A DNA stretch of 63,938 nucleotides, filler included, from Squatina squatina (GCA_031763465.1; 4 parts of 4 records of this genome joined end to end with filler, not necessarily neighbours in it); one strand, 5' to 3'. Shown: positions 9,393-23,321, counted from the whole stretch's first letter. Notes: a model not told the origin generated them from the sequence alone. A program made the numbers and translations.

Positions 9393-12300
9393 AACCTAGT
9401 AGAGTTAAAGCAACAGTCCATAACAAGACCTATTTCATAATTTCTTAAGTGAGGAGTCACATTCTCTAAAAAAAAAGTGTTTCCATTCCAAATGCCATCA
9501 CTGTGAAGTTACGAAAACTTCAGCAAGTAGACATGAAATCTAAGTAAATAGTAAGCAGTGTATTTTTACAACAAACAAATACTTCTGATATTTCTCTTTC
9601 CTTTGATTTTTAGGTCATGGATCAGGCAAAGAGCAAAAGGAGCTGCAGGCTCGGACAAACTCAGAACATATCTATACGGGCTTTCAGCAAGGACTCTGCA
9701 TCTGGTTCCCATAAATCATATTGCGGATAACTGCAAGCATCAAGATTTCCTCTGACACAACTTGAAAAGTGGCTATGCCTANNNNNNNNNNNNNNNNNNN
9801 NNNNNNNNNNNNNNNNNNNNNNNNNNNNNNNNNNNNNNNNNNNNNNNNNNNNNNNNNNNNNNNNNNNNNNNNNNNNNNNNNGTACAATAATAATGGAGTT
9901 GTTGATGAATCATCACAATCAATCAATCTCTATCAATTAGCCTACAACAGACCCGGAAATAACATGAGGAAAGCCCCAGTTCTGGAGAGCTTTGGGAACT
10001 GTAGGTCCAAAGTCACCTTTTCCCTCCTAAACCTGCTACACTCACCACATGTCATGTCTCAAATTACTCATACACTGTCTCCCAACGAGTTCCGTTTCTT
10101 ATCACAGTGGTAAACTTGCCAAAGATTATAATTTCAAAAAGCAAAAATCCTAAAGAACCTTGAGCTGATCAAATTTTGCTTTAGACAACAACATAAGCAA
10201 AAGTGATTCACCCTCCTTTGAGCTAGCAGCTGTTCTCCAGAAAAGATTGTGTTTGATTCAAATTCAAGCTCTAAGGCAAACGTGAAAGAGATTCCTTCAT
10301 AATGGATGAACGGAGCGCCATTTTAAACTCACAGTGCAAGATATAATGCAGACACTGCCCAATGTAAAATTTGAGACATTTTTTGTTTTTAGGATTCCTA
10401 ATTGTCACCATGCTGTGCTGTTGCCAGAATCTCATTAAAAACAAAGAAAAAGTGGAAGAGATGCGTGTTTTATATAGGGAACTCCTACCATTTCACCCTT
10501 GTGTGTCTGGTATTCATTCCAAACGTTGACATTTGTGTATATTTTCTCAATGAATTGTTTCAGATTTCCTTCATACTACTTTAAAAAAATCTACAAAGGG
10601 ACCGCCACCCGCCGTTTCTTCCTCTATTATAAATAAGCTTTTCGCATAAGATTCCGAACATGTATAATCAGTCGCTTTTAGAATTACTGAGATTTCAATT
10701 TATGCAATGTATTCTCATTAGTCTCCATTCATATTGTTTTAAAGGNNNNNNNNNNNNNNNNNNNNNNNNNNNNNNNNNNNNNNNNNNNNNNNNNNNNNNN
10801 NNNNNNNNNNNNNNNNNNNNNNNNNNNNNNNNNNNNNNNNNNNNNAAGCGCCTTGGAACATTTTACATTACAGGCGCTATATAATGGCAAGTTGTTGTTG
10901 CTACTTCCTTGTTATAGATGGCAGACTGTTACTCTCTGTAATATGTGCAAACTTCAGCTTTTCATAATTTTCCATTGTTGCTTTTGACAAGTCACACTAT
11001 TAAGATATTTAATTTAATAATATACAGCAACATCATAGCTTGAATGTCCCCACATATAAGAAGTAATTTTCCAACTTCATACTACCAGCAGGCAGCCTTG
11101 CACACCGGGAGTGCATATTTCAAATTTGGGCTTGAGCTGTACATCATTTTGCAACATTCAAATCAGGGACAGCACACGTCTAAGCTTCTGATACACACTT
11201 CCAATCTATGTGACTTGCTGTTAGCAGCACAAAGTCAGAAAATTACCGTGCTATTGTCTATAAATCATTTAACATTTAACAAGAAACTGACCTTTTCTCA
11301 GGCTCCAGTGAACAACTGTTTCCTCTGCTAAACACATGGAGGCAATCTGTAAATAGTAAGTTAACCAGTTAAGGCAGTTTATAGACCAACGTTTTAGTAA
11401 AGATGAATGAATGAAATAGTAATGAAGGGTCAAGTTCCCATGTGAAAACGTGACCCACTGCATTCCTTTGTGTCAAGCTACACATGTAAGGAAATACTGA
11501 ATGTCATTTTTATGCTAATGCAAAACAATAGGCCAGTGTTATTCAGCTGATGTATTCAATATTTAATACAATCTAACGACGAGGTATATCATTAACATGC
11601 TAAAGTGCCCGATAAGCTTATAGTACAGTAACCACCAGAAGCAACCCAGTGCCTACAATACTACTGCGTTCAAATTCCAGTTAACAGATCTGAGTTCAGA
11701 TTCCATTCAGAACTAACATTTGAAGTTCTGCTTCCTCAGCAAGCTATCGGGCGCAGGGAGTGTCAAGCCCATCTGGTCACTTCCTGTACTTTTCTTCGTG
11801 AGTCAGTAAATGAAGCCCCATTGGAGACATTCATTGAGATGACTGCAGGTTGGAACTGACTAAGGTGGATAGCACGGAAATAGTGCTCCAGACTGCAATC
11901 AAACTNNNNNNNNNNNNNNNNNNNNNNNNNNNNNNNNNNNNNNNNNNNNNNNNNNNNNNNNNNNNNNNNNNNNNNNNNNNNNNNNNNNNNNNNNNNNNNN
12001 NNNNNTAAACGTTGCACTTCTTGAAAGTGAAGGCTTAATAATGTGCCGTAATTCACACCTGCCAAAAATTGAAAGGTTGCATTAGATCATCAGGGGTTAA
12101 TGAGTGTTCATGGCTTTGTTCAAACTGCTGGTTTGCACTAACTAATTTCATCCCCCAGAAAAAAAACAGGATGTTGCTAATTGGCCTGATAAGATAATGG
12201 TTCTGCTGTTTGCTTCAAGCTTACCCTAAGGATGTGTATATCTGTTTTAATACATGGCTAATACATGGCTAATCATTATCATTATAATTTTATTTACTTC

Positions 12301-13544
12301 AAGCAACTGCACTTTGTCAATGCAATAAAAGCTTCTAATGTGCTTATTTGAGGATGACAAATAACAAGACAGGAGATAAATTCTAACAGTATTTAGTAGA
12401 GCCAATTGATCTGTAATTTTTACAAAACAGAACTAAACCAGGCAAGATCAGTTGCAGTTTAGCATCATCAGCGTTTGGTGCACATAGACTACATTGACAT
12501 AGTTAAATATCAATAGCTTTTTTAGTCTTTTTCGGTCAACCAGTCTGATAATCCCATAGTACCACATGTTTTGCTCTTTTTCCTGTCCCAAATCTGCCCT
12601 AAAATGGGTGACATTTCAGAGGAAAACTGTCAACATTCAATTTTTTCTGGGAGATATGCTGCTAGACCACTTAGAAAATAAATCTTGCACATTCATCATT
12701 TGTAAATCCCCTTCTGCTTTTGTGTAATTTTGGGTTTTATTGCCCTCCAATACAAAGGTTGGCATGTAGCCTAAGATACAAGCCCATGTTCCACTGCACT
12801 TTTAATGTAATTACTTGTTTTAGCATGTTGGATGCTTATAGTCAAGACCATTTTTGAATTATAAACTTGTTTTGAAGCAGCTGGTCAGCTTTCTCTAAAG
12901 TTCTAGCTTGGCACATTGGGATAGATTTTCTGAGTGCTTGCCTGCCATAAGTGTGTATCGGAGAATCACGAGCCCAGTAACTGCAATTTAGCAGCTGCAG
13001 CTTTCCAATCTGCGCTCATATGTGCAAGATACCTCAAGTCATGGGACTTGAAAAATCCTGTAGTAGACAAAGGGCTTGTTTTAACAAACGTGTTAACATT
13101 TCAAGTAAATGAGTTCGTGAATTTGTGGCATGATTTTGCACAAATGCATAAACCTGTACTCTAAAATTAATCTTCAAAACTTCACCCTCCATGTGTAATG
13201 CTATCTCTATGGTTTTTATAAAAACAATGGTTTATATATCCTAAAATGCTTCAACAGTATGGTGTACATATTTCAATCTCCATTTGCTGTCTGATAATAT
13301 TGAAGTTATTTGCCACATAAGGTAGCATTAAAAGGTGGAGCCTTTAAATACAAAGGCNNNNNNNNNNNNNNNNNNNNNNNNNNNNNNNNNNNNNNNNNNN
13401 NNNNNNNNNNNNNNNNNNNNNNNNNNNNNNNNNNNNNNNNNNNNNNNNNNNNNNNNNCAGTGCGTGTGTTCATAGGCCCTGCAATTTTCTGTCTAATAAT
13501 TTTGATGCCCGAAGTTATAAGATGTGGTCCTGTCGCCTGAAGTA

Positions 13545-13900
13545 TGGAATCCAATTCTATAGGACGTTTCTGTTGACAGAATCAAAGGCGGTCTATGTAT
13601 GCAACTGCCAGAGAGTGGTTGAATTTTGCCTTGACTCTCAGACAATAGGTGGAAAGCAAGTATGGCGTCCATTGTAGATCAACCATTGGTGAAACCCGAT
13701 TGTTCAGGGTGCCGGTGCATTGTTCGGTGTGACTGAAGCCAAACAAGAGGGTGTATGAAAAGACTTTTCCAGATGGTTATTGGTCTCTAACTGCCACAAT
13801 CGGTGCGTGGGTGCTTTCCTTCATAAAACAAGATGATGATCCCTTCCTTCCACTCCACAGGCACCTTCCCAGATTTGATTTTAGTTACGGCAAAAAAGCA
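13545..13900 (-). mobile_element. Old RTE-clade LINE reverse-transcriptase fragment
   Basis: Minus-strand translation gives KSGKVPVEWKEGIIILFYEGK..RTDCGS*RPIT, then PEQSGFTNG*STMDAILAF.LLSE, then VAYID..AFDSV.R. These are non-LTR RT N-terminal motifs, broken by stops and frameshifts. Confidence 0.75.
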
Positions 13901-15729
13901 AATTGATGTCTTAATATCTGTAATGTCCTGGGAGATTTTCTGATAGAGTTAGGCTGAAAAATGAATTATAATGTCATCTCGCCCACGGTTAGAATCAGGG
14001 TGATGGTGTCATTTGCAAATAGCTTGCCTTTTTGTTTTTGAACCACTGAAGTTCACAATACATTCAGTTCTGAACATTCCCATTTCCAGCTGTGAAAACA
14101 ATCACTGACTCAGGCTCCAGTGCTATGTGGCCCCAGTGCCCCCTCTATGAATTAAACCTATGTGAAAATGCAAACTAGGTTTTTTTCCAAAACATTGTCT
14201 GATACAATTTCAGGTTTATGCCTGAGTTGAATTCAATATTTTTTTTGAAAACCTCTATGTTTAATTTTTCAGAAATATAAATGACTGAACTCTATTGGGG
14301 AATAATTGCAATAACTCTATGGATTTCCTTGAGAAATATAATACGGTTATAATAACAGAACCTTATTTTAGGTACTGTATATCGGTAAAACAAAACACAG
14401 CAGTAGGCTTGGGATGGATCAAACTAATGTTTTATGTTAGAATTTCCAGATTACATTTATTCTTGAAGTGGTGTAAATGTGGNNNNNNNNNNNNNNNNNN
14501 NNNNNNNNNNNNNNNNNNNNNNNNNNNNNNNNNNNNNNNNNNNNNNNNNNNNNNNNNNNNNNNNNNNNNNNNNNNNNNNNNNTTAACTAATTACTGTACT
14601 TAAAGTTGAAAATTGGAATTTTACAGTATTGATAATGTCTGTGAAAGCATAGATTTAATTAGTATCCCAATGCCTTATGAAACTTCTTCCAGAGACTTCT
14701 GTTTTGACAGCAAGAATTTCCGCACAGAGGGCAGAAATCTGACAGAAAACCATTATCAAGTGTGATTTTAATTTTCTTTCATTTTTCCTCCATACTTGAA
14801 AAAAAAATTCCCAATTATTTTATTTTTAATATGCATGATAAGAATTCAGTGAAATGACTGCCAAATGTCCCCACAAGAGAGAACCATATTTTATAAATCT
14901 GTTCTTTTTAAAAAATTAGTAGGTTGTTTTTCCCGCTGATTTCATTTAGATTGAATTGAACAAATCACCATGATTTACAATTTAAAGCTCCAACTATTCA
15001 AGCAAAATCAGTTTTTCACCATACTATTTTCATGAATTGTTTAGGCATTTACCAGGATTGAACTGTATACAAAGTATACCATATTAGTACATCTTTACTT
15101 AGTACTGAAAACCATAAGATAAAGATTATCTTTCTGTTCATTGCTGTAATTTTGTCTTTCTAAGTAACAGCTGTGATCAGTTAGTTGTAAATTATGTGAC
15201 TATAGTCCAAGTAAAAAGAATGACAATTTCAAGGTCTAATATCCCTTCATTTCCAAGATTTCATGCATTAATCATTCATTCTCTGCATAGCTTTCCCAGT
15301 CCATGGGGAATTTTCTGCGTATAGATTCAGACAACAATTTCTGAAACTGGATAGCTTTTGAGCTGTCATATTGAAATGCATTAGGCATTTAGAAAGTTCC
15401 CAATACTCTTACAGCATATTCTAAATGCATTCTGCGTATTATTTAAAGGGAGATTGATGAGAAGTCTTTGGTGCTTTTGCCAAGATCGATAGGATCAGTT
15501 CTGTATATAAACACTATTTCCTGAAACTTGACAGCATGTTGATAAAATGTTATGTTCATTTTTACAGATTTTCAAATTTCACGTCGTTTGCCCAATGTTT
15601 GCTCACAGCATGTGAGAAAATGGTTTAGTGGCTTCCTTCCGGCTGACAGTGTTAATAATGAGGCAAAGGCTCCGTCTAGTGAGCAAGATCTAACACGACA
15701 AGTAAGCTTCAACACCAACATGTCTTTGA

Positions 15730-16504
<775 letters not shown>

Positions 16505-16604
16505 NNNNNNNNNNNNNNNNNNNNNNNNNNNNNNNNNNNNNNNNNNNNNNNNNNNNNNNNNNNNNNNNNNNNNNNNNNNNNNNNNNNNNNNNNNNNNNNN
16601 NNNN

Positions 16605-17107
16605 TATGACGCTAGCAAAAATTACAGAGTTTTCCTCCTCATTGGTGCCTGTTGGCTGATTTCCATTTTACTCGGTGCCTTGCCTATCCTCGGTTGGAAC
16701 TGTATCTGCAACTTCTCAGACTGTTCCACAGTTCTACCTCTCTACTCCAAAACATATGTTGTCTTCTGTATAAGCATCTTCAGTGCAATTTTGCTAGCCA
16801 TCGTAATACTTTACGCTCGTATTTATATATTGGTTAAGACAAGTAGCCGCAAAGTTTCAAACAGAAAATTCACCAAAAACAATTCTGAGAGATCCATGGC
16901 TCTACTGAGGACAGTGGTGATTGTTGTCGGGGTTTTCATTGCATGTTGGTCCCCACTTTTCATTCTCTTGCTCCTTGATGTGGCCTGTAAACCAAACAAG
17001 TGTAGTATACTGTATCAAGAAGATTGGTTCATTGCAGTTGCAGTTCTTAATTCTGGCATGAATCCCATTATCTACACTCTGGCTAGCAAAGAGATGCGCA
17101 GGGCTTT
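16605..17107 (+). CDS. S1PR3: Sphingosine-1-phosphate receptor 3, TM4-TM7 and helix 8 (partial at both ends)
   Basis: One open frame from 16605: [33 protein letters not shown]...[11 protein letters not shown]...[27 protein letters not shown]...[16 protein letters not shown]. The [10 protein letters not shown] and [10 protein letters not shown] motifs are S1PR3-type. Confidence 0.95.
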
Positions 17108-17207
17108 NNNNNNNNNNNNNNNNNNNNNNNNNNNNNNNNNNNNNNNNNNNNTTAATTAATTAANNNNNNNNNNNNNNNNNNNNNNNNNNNNNNNNNNNNN
17201 NNNNNNN
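17108..17207. other. Artificial scaffold linker N44-TTAATTAATTAA-N44
   Basis: Palindromic 12-mer at 17152-17163 with stops in all six frames, centred in Ns. Unrelated loci lie on either side. Confidence 0.95.
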
Positions 17208-17332
17208 TCATTGATATATATCGTGAATAGCTGGGGCCCAAGCACTGATCCCTGCGGGACCCCAATAGTCACCTCCTGCCACCCCAAAAAAGACCCGTTT
17301 ATTCCTACTCTGTTTCCTGTCTGTTAACCAAT
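17208..17332 (-). mobile_element. CR1 LINE RT fragment
   Basis: The minus strand encodes GVPQGSVLGPQLFTIYIN. Confidence 0.85.
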
Positions 17333-17922
17333 CCTGCACTGCTCCAAAAAAGCTCAATGGAACCTTCGGAAACCTGGACATTCCTCTTGTCTAAACTTTG
17401 ACTTCAGTCACTTCAGACCTTAGCTTATTGTCCACCATTTACTTTTTAGCAGGGGGTGTCGGGCATGTGGAGTCAGTCTGTCCTTACAATGTGGATCCTT
17501 TTTCAAAACACCGCTCTGGCTGGGGTTCAGTGCCAGGAATGTTGGCGTGTTTTCTCCATTAAATAATCTGTAGGCCATTTAAGCCTTTAATTTCCTCTTG
17601 GTGTTCAGAGTATCTATTGTCTCTGTTCCTTCTCTTTTTTTAATACCACTTTCACCACACAAAGGGACCTGCTTATCTTTCTAATTACAGTTCCGAAGAA
17701 GGCTTACATCCAAAATGTTAATCTATCTCTCTTCTTTCATTTTCTACATATAGGTTTGTACTGGAAGACAATACAATGCAATTTTCTATTGCACTGATCC
17801 TGTGGAAACACATACCGTTACCCAGGTGGAAGGCAACATGTTTGTGCTGTGCCTTCTGATTCCATCTCTCCCACAGGACATGGAGAAAGTGTCTGTTCCC
17901 CTCAAGAGCACATTTTACATCA

Positions 17923-18294
<372 letters not shown>

Positions 18295-18737
18295 CTAGNN
18301 NNNNNNNNNNNNNNNNNNNNNNNNNNNNNNNNNNNNNNNNNNNNNNNNNNNNNNNNNNNNNNNNNNNNNNNNNNNNNNNNNNNNNNNNNNNNNNNNNNCT
18401 CCTGCTCCCGCCCACAGCCTCTACGTTGTTTTCATCGGCTTTGGACGGGAGACAGATCTCAAATATTAAAACATGACCTGGAATTAAAATGGTCCAAAGC
18501 CTCATGCTGACAAGTCCATGGGAGGCTCTCACCTATCTTACCCACACAGAACTTGCCCCAGGTTAAAATTGGAGCTAAAATCCCTGCTCTCATCTTCAAA
18601 TCCTTTCAGGACCTCATCTTTGGCACTTACTTTAGGGTTGCCACTGAATGTGTGAAACCTACCTGTTGGGAAGAGACAGCATTACCAGGAGCCTTGCACT
18701 ATATAAAAGCAGTTATTGATAGCACCGACTCTAGTCA

Positions 18738-18974
<237 letters not shown>

Positions 18975-19254
18975 TTAGTAACTTCCCTCTCAAGCAAAAC
19001 TCAATTGTTTGAAAGGTTCTTTAAGATAGACTCAAAATCTTCAACAGTCAGGAATTAATCCTCTTTCACCAATTACAATTCTCCATCACTTTCAACCCAT
19101 CCTCTTTAAATATCCACTTCTTTCTCATCTGAGCTAGGAAAGTGGGATTGCTTCGGCTTATCCATGTTGCAATTTCACATGATTGTGTGAGTCTGAAAGC
19201 CAAGAGAGGACCAATTGTGTCAATTCCCCTTTTCTTTCCCCTCCAAGAAATATG

Positions 19255-19609
19255 GTCCAGAATAGAAAAGCAAAATATTATTTAAATGGAGAGACTACAG
19301 GATGCTGTGGTACACAGGAACTTAGGTGACCTCATACAGGAAACACAAAAAGTTAGCTTGCAGGTGCAGCAGGTAATTGGAAAGGCAAATGGAATGTTGG
19401 CCTTTATTTCCAGGGAGATGAGTATAGAAGTACGGAAGCTGTACAGGGCACTGGTGAGACCACACCTGGAGTACTGCGCACAGTTTTGGTTCCTTTATTT
19501 AAGGAAGGATATACTTGCATTGGAGGCAGTTTAGAGAAGGTTCACTAGGTTGATTCCTGGGATGGAAGGGTTGTCTTATGAGGAAAGGTTGAGCAGGTTG
19601 GGCCTATAC
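19255..19609 (+). mobile_element. CR1 LINE ORF2 C-terminal fragment
   Basis: QVQQVIGKANGMLAFISR...LYRALVRPHLEYCAQFW (ORF 19286-19534). Confidence 0.9.
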
Positions 19610-20050
19610 NNNNNNNNNNNNNNNNNNNNNNNNNNNNNNNNNNNNNNNNNNNNNNNNNNNNNNNNNNNNNNNNNNNNNNNNNNNNNNNNNNNNNNNNNNN
19701 NNNNNNNNNCCGATTAGAGCTGTGAAAATCCCTGTAGAATTAGATATTGAAATCTTTTAACAAACCCCTGTCATCTGACAGTGGTGATCTCGTTTTACTT
19801 GTGCTCTTGCTCCATGTACAGGTGCTGGATTTTTAGCGTACACTAAAAAAAACGTGAAAGCTCCTGAGGCAAAGATGTGAATGGCTTTCAGGAATATGTG
19901 CTTTTTCTGTCTCTTTTTATCTCAGTTAGATCAGGATGAAGGTAGGTGGTTAGAAAAGTTCTCTGTTTATCGTATTGTAAAAATGAACCAAAGTAGTGCA
20001 GTGGTTGGAGTATCGTTTCTGCACCTAATTATGTTTGCCTTTTTATAAAG

Positions 20051-20222
20051 GTATCACAAAAATTTAATTGATGCCAATAAAGTTGGAATCAAAAAGGCCA
20101 TTAGCACCAATATAGCAGTGGGTTTCACCTTCTTCATAATCTATGCATCGTATGCTCTGGCATTCTGGTATGGAAGTACCCTCATTTTGGATGAGGATTA
20201 TACAATCGGAACAGTGCTAACA
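20051..20222 (+). CDS. ABCB1: P-glycoprotein (ABCB1/ABCB4 type), TM5 exon
   Basis: ataaag|G TAT...CTA ACA|GTAAGT, 172 nt. Translates [57 protein letters not shown]. Flanked by RUNDC3B and CROT, as at human 7q21. Confidence 0.92.
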
Positions 20223-20652
20223 GTAAGTGACATTTCAGGTTATGTTAAACACAGAGAATTACTACGAATTTAAGATTCTTAAAATTGTGTTTTCCTCATT
20301 TGTTTCTGATTCTTTCGTTTTCCCTGCCCCATTTCAACTTCATGGGGTAGAAATTAGTCGAGGCCCATTCAGACATGGTGCTGCTGAGCAGTGTGTGCCC
20401 AAACTAAGAGGCCCGACAGCCGGGCAAGCTGCCAACGTTGGTCACGCAGCCAGATGGCAAAAAACAATTTTGTGCCACCTGCCTCATCGGCAGCACCCAC
20501 TGCTAGATTGGTATANNNNNNNNNNNNNNNNNNNNNNNNNNNNNNNNNNNNNNNNNNNNNNNNNNNNNNNNNNNNNNNNNNNNNNNNNNNNNNNNNNNNN
20601 NNNNNNNNNNNNNNNACTGAAATGGGAAAATATTAAATTTGTTTTCTTTTAG

Positions 20653-20820
20653 ACATTTAAGAAAGGAGATGATGAGGCACACAAATTGAGTCAGGAGAGA
20701 AATGAAGCTGATCTTGAGACAGTTAGCACCACAAAGCCACTGCGAAGACGGTCAACACGAGTTAGTATAAAAAAGGTAGAAGCTGCTACAGAAAAAACGG
20801 ATGTGACTGACATTCCACAG
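20653..20820 (+). CDS. ABCB1: P-glycoprotein linker-region exon
   Basis: ttcttttag|ACA...CCA CAG|GTATGG, 168 nt, open frame. TFKKGDDEAHKLSQERNEADLETVSTTKPLRRRSTRVSIKKVEAATEKTDVTDIPQ contains the RRRSTR kinase-site motif of the Pgp linker. Confidence 0.82.
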
Positions 20821-21139
20821 GTATGGGCCATTTTAATTTAGTCAAGAAATATATAACCTGCATTTTAATTAAATCTTGATTTTAAATATTGCATTAATGA
20901 TACATTGAGTTTATTACTTATGAGTTCTCTAGTTAGCCCACTTGTGGGAGTTATATCTTATCTTTTTATCATGTATCTACCCTATTTTAAAAGTTAATAA
21001 GAGGGAAGAGAGATGACTTTAATATGTTTCTTTGCTGATTTCAATTCAGCGATATTCAGGCTAATTATATAATATGGGTTTCAAATGTTTATATTAATGT
21101 AAGGTTTGTATTAATTGCACAACTTAGAGAGTAGAGATT

Positions 21140-21270
21140 TAGTGGCAGTTAGAGCTCGAACACTACATTTCACATTGGGGACTTGGGCTCAAATTCAACT
21201 CAAGCCGATAAGATAAAAAGGTGTTCCCTGCTGACTGTAAGAATCATAAGAGAATGGAATTTGAGAGTTT
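21140..21270 (+). mobile_element. Degenerate tRNA-headed SINE, possibly LF-SINE-like
   Basis: tttcacattggggacttgggctcaaattcaactcaag resembles a tRNA-derived head with a decayed B box. Highly diverged. Confidence 0.35.
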
Positions 21271-21395
21271 TAACACAGTTCCTATGCAATTGTTGNNNNN
21301 NNNNNNNNNNNNNNNNNNNNNNNNNNNNNNNNNNNNNNNNNNNNNNNNNNNNNNNNNNNNNNNNNNNNNNNNNNNNNNNNNNNNNNNNNNNNNNN

Positions 21396-21915
21396 CCACT
21401 TTATTTTTTTTAGTCATCCTTTGCTGGTTTCAAACATTTTCCCAATTTGCCACATTGTATGCCTTTTCTTTCAATTTGATACTGTCCTTAACTTCCTTAG
21501 TTAGCCATGGTTGGTTAATCATTCTCTTGGACTCTTTCTTCCTCACTGGAATATATCTTTGTTGAGAGTCATGACATATCTTCTTAAATGTCTGCCACTG
21601 CTTATCTACTGTCTTACCTTGTAATCTATTTTCCCAGACCACTTCAGCTAACTCTGTCCACATATCTTTGTAATTGCCTTTATTTAAGTTTAATTGTTTC
21701 AGACCCAAGTTTCTCACCCTCCAACTGAATGTGAAATTCTATCATGTTGTGATCACTGTTTCCTGGAGGATCCTTTACTATGAGATCATTAAACCTGTCT
21801 CATTACACACTACTAGATCTAAAATAGCCTGGTTGGTTCCACAACGTATTGTTCTAAGAAACTGTCCCGAATACACTCTCTGAACTTGTCCTCAAGGCTA
21901 CATTTGCCAATTTGC
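21396..21915 (-). mobile_element. CR1 LINE ORF2 fragment
   Basis: ORF 21430-21717(-): LNLNKGNYKDM..ELAEVVWENRLQGKTVDKQWQTFK...PWLTKEVKDSIKLKEKAY, homologous to ORF 8102-8536. Confidence 0.88.
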
Positions 21916-22154
21916 CAAGTAGCCCTTTGTTGCCAATGCCATCTATAAACTGCATTTTGTAAAGAAAGGTTTGGTTAAATGTCATCCAAATAATTTGTTT
22001 CCCTACATATGTATACAACCACTTAAAATGAAACAATAAGATGTTTATGTATCATATGAGGATTATGATAAATTCCTTTTTGAATTATCATCAATGTGTA
22101 CATGACTAGCATGTTAGTAAAGGTTTTGCTTAATCTGATTTGTGACTATTCCAG

Positions 22155-22311
22155 CGTATTCTCAGCAATTGTGTTTGGAGCTATGGCTTTGGGACAGACC
22201 AGCTCATTTGCACCTGACTATGCGAAGGCCAAGATATCAGCAGCCCATGTCTGTAAACTGCTTGAGCAAGTGCCATCTATAGACAGCTATAGTGACACTG
22301 GTAATATTCCC
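22155..22311 (+). CDS. ABCB1: P-glycoprotein TM12 exon
   Basis: attccag|C GTA...ATT CCC|GTAAGT, 157 nt. Translates [52 protein letters not shown]. Confidence 0.94.
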
Positions 22312-22519
22312 GTAAGTACTTCACTATCCCTGTAAAGTAGAAATTGAAAGTCTATGAAATGCTACAATCTCTGGTTACTCGGAAGCAGCTGCCCACCAAA
22401 CAGTTGACACAAAATTATGAAACAAACATTCATCTGTTTTGGATAATAATGCCAGAAATATTTGCCAGATTCCCATAATCTAGACAAATATGTAGCATGG
22501 ACTATGAATGTTTACAAAG

Positions 22520-22750
22520 GCAAAATACTGTGGACGCCGGAAATCTGAAATATAAACAGAAAATGCTGGTAATGCTCAGATCTGGAGAGAGAAACGGAGT
22601 TAACATTTCACGTCGCTGACCTTTCGTTCTTAGAACATGTTACATCTCTAACATTTTCACGTTCTGATGAAAGGTCACCAACCTAAAACGTTAACTCTGT
22701 TTCTCTCTCCACAGATGCTGCCTGACCTGCTGAGCATTTTCTGTTTTTAG
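22520..22750. mobile_element. Inverted pair of Penelope-like terminal repeats, each arm with a hammerhead-like core
   Basis: The left arm (aaacagaaaatgct...gagagagaaacggagttaacatttcacgtcgctgacctttc) is the reverse complement of the right arm (gaaaggtcaccaacctaaaacgttaactctgtttctctctcc...agcattttctgttt), with a spacer of about 35 nt. Confidence 0.65.
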
Positions 22751-23321
22751 ATTGGAAATGTTTATTTTGCAGAAGATAAATAAAGAGAGGCTAATGGGTT
22801 TCTAGTTTAGTCTGCTCAAATTATATTTGCAAAGTAGACTTTATTCTGACCTATCAGAGATGAACATTCAGAAATCTTTACTTTGGGTTCAGTAACTCTA
22901 AGATTTAGGGGGCGAAATTCAGCGTTCAGGTTCACTACAGCGGCATTCGGGGCCGGGTTTGCAGAGATGCCAACAGGATGCGCCACCGCTCCTGGTCATG
23001 GCGTGAAACTCGGCGGTGCATNNNNNNNNNNNNNNNNNNNNNNNNNNNNNNNNNNNNNNNNNNNNNNNNNNNNNNNNNNNNNNNNNNNNNNNNNNNNNNN
23101 NNNNNNNNNNNNNNNNNNNNNTACAGCAACTGGAAACACACATCTCAAGGGCAGCTGCAGCATCACAGAAATTGTGAAAAACTGTCCCTTCTGCCATTAG
23201 TCCCCTAAAACCCGATTTCTTAAAGTGACGTCAATTTGATCCTCCAGCATCCAGCCTACGATTTACATCTACTTTAATGTCACGAGGTGAAGCACTGATT
23301 CTTGAAATAATTTTTCTCCAG

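Noticed and set aside
12934-13164. ORF beginning MLACHK, resembling the FAM222A N-terminus MLACLQ
   Set aside because: It starts at GTG rather than ATG, the similarity ends after four residues, and there is no phase-1 donor at the expected position.
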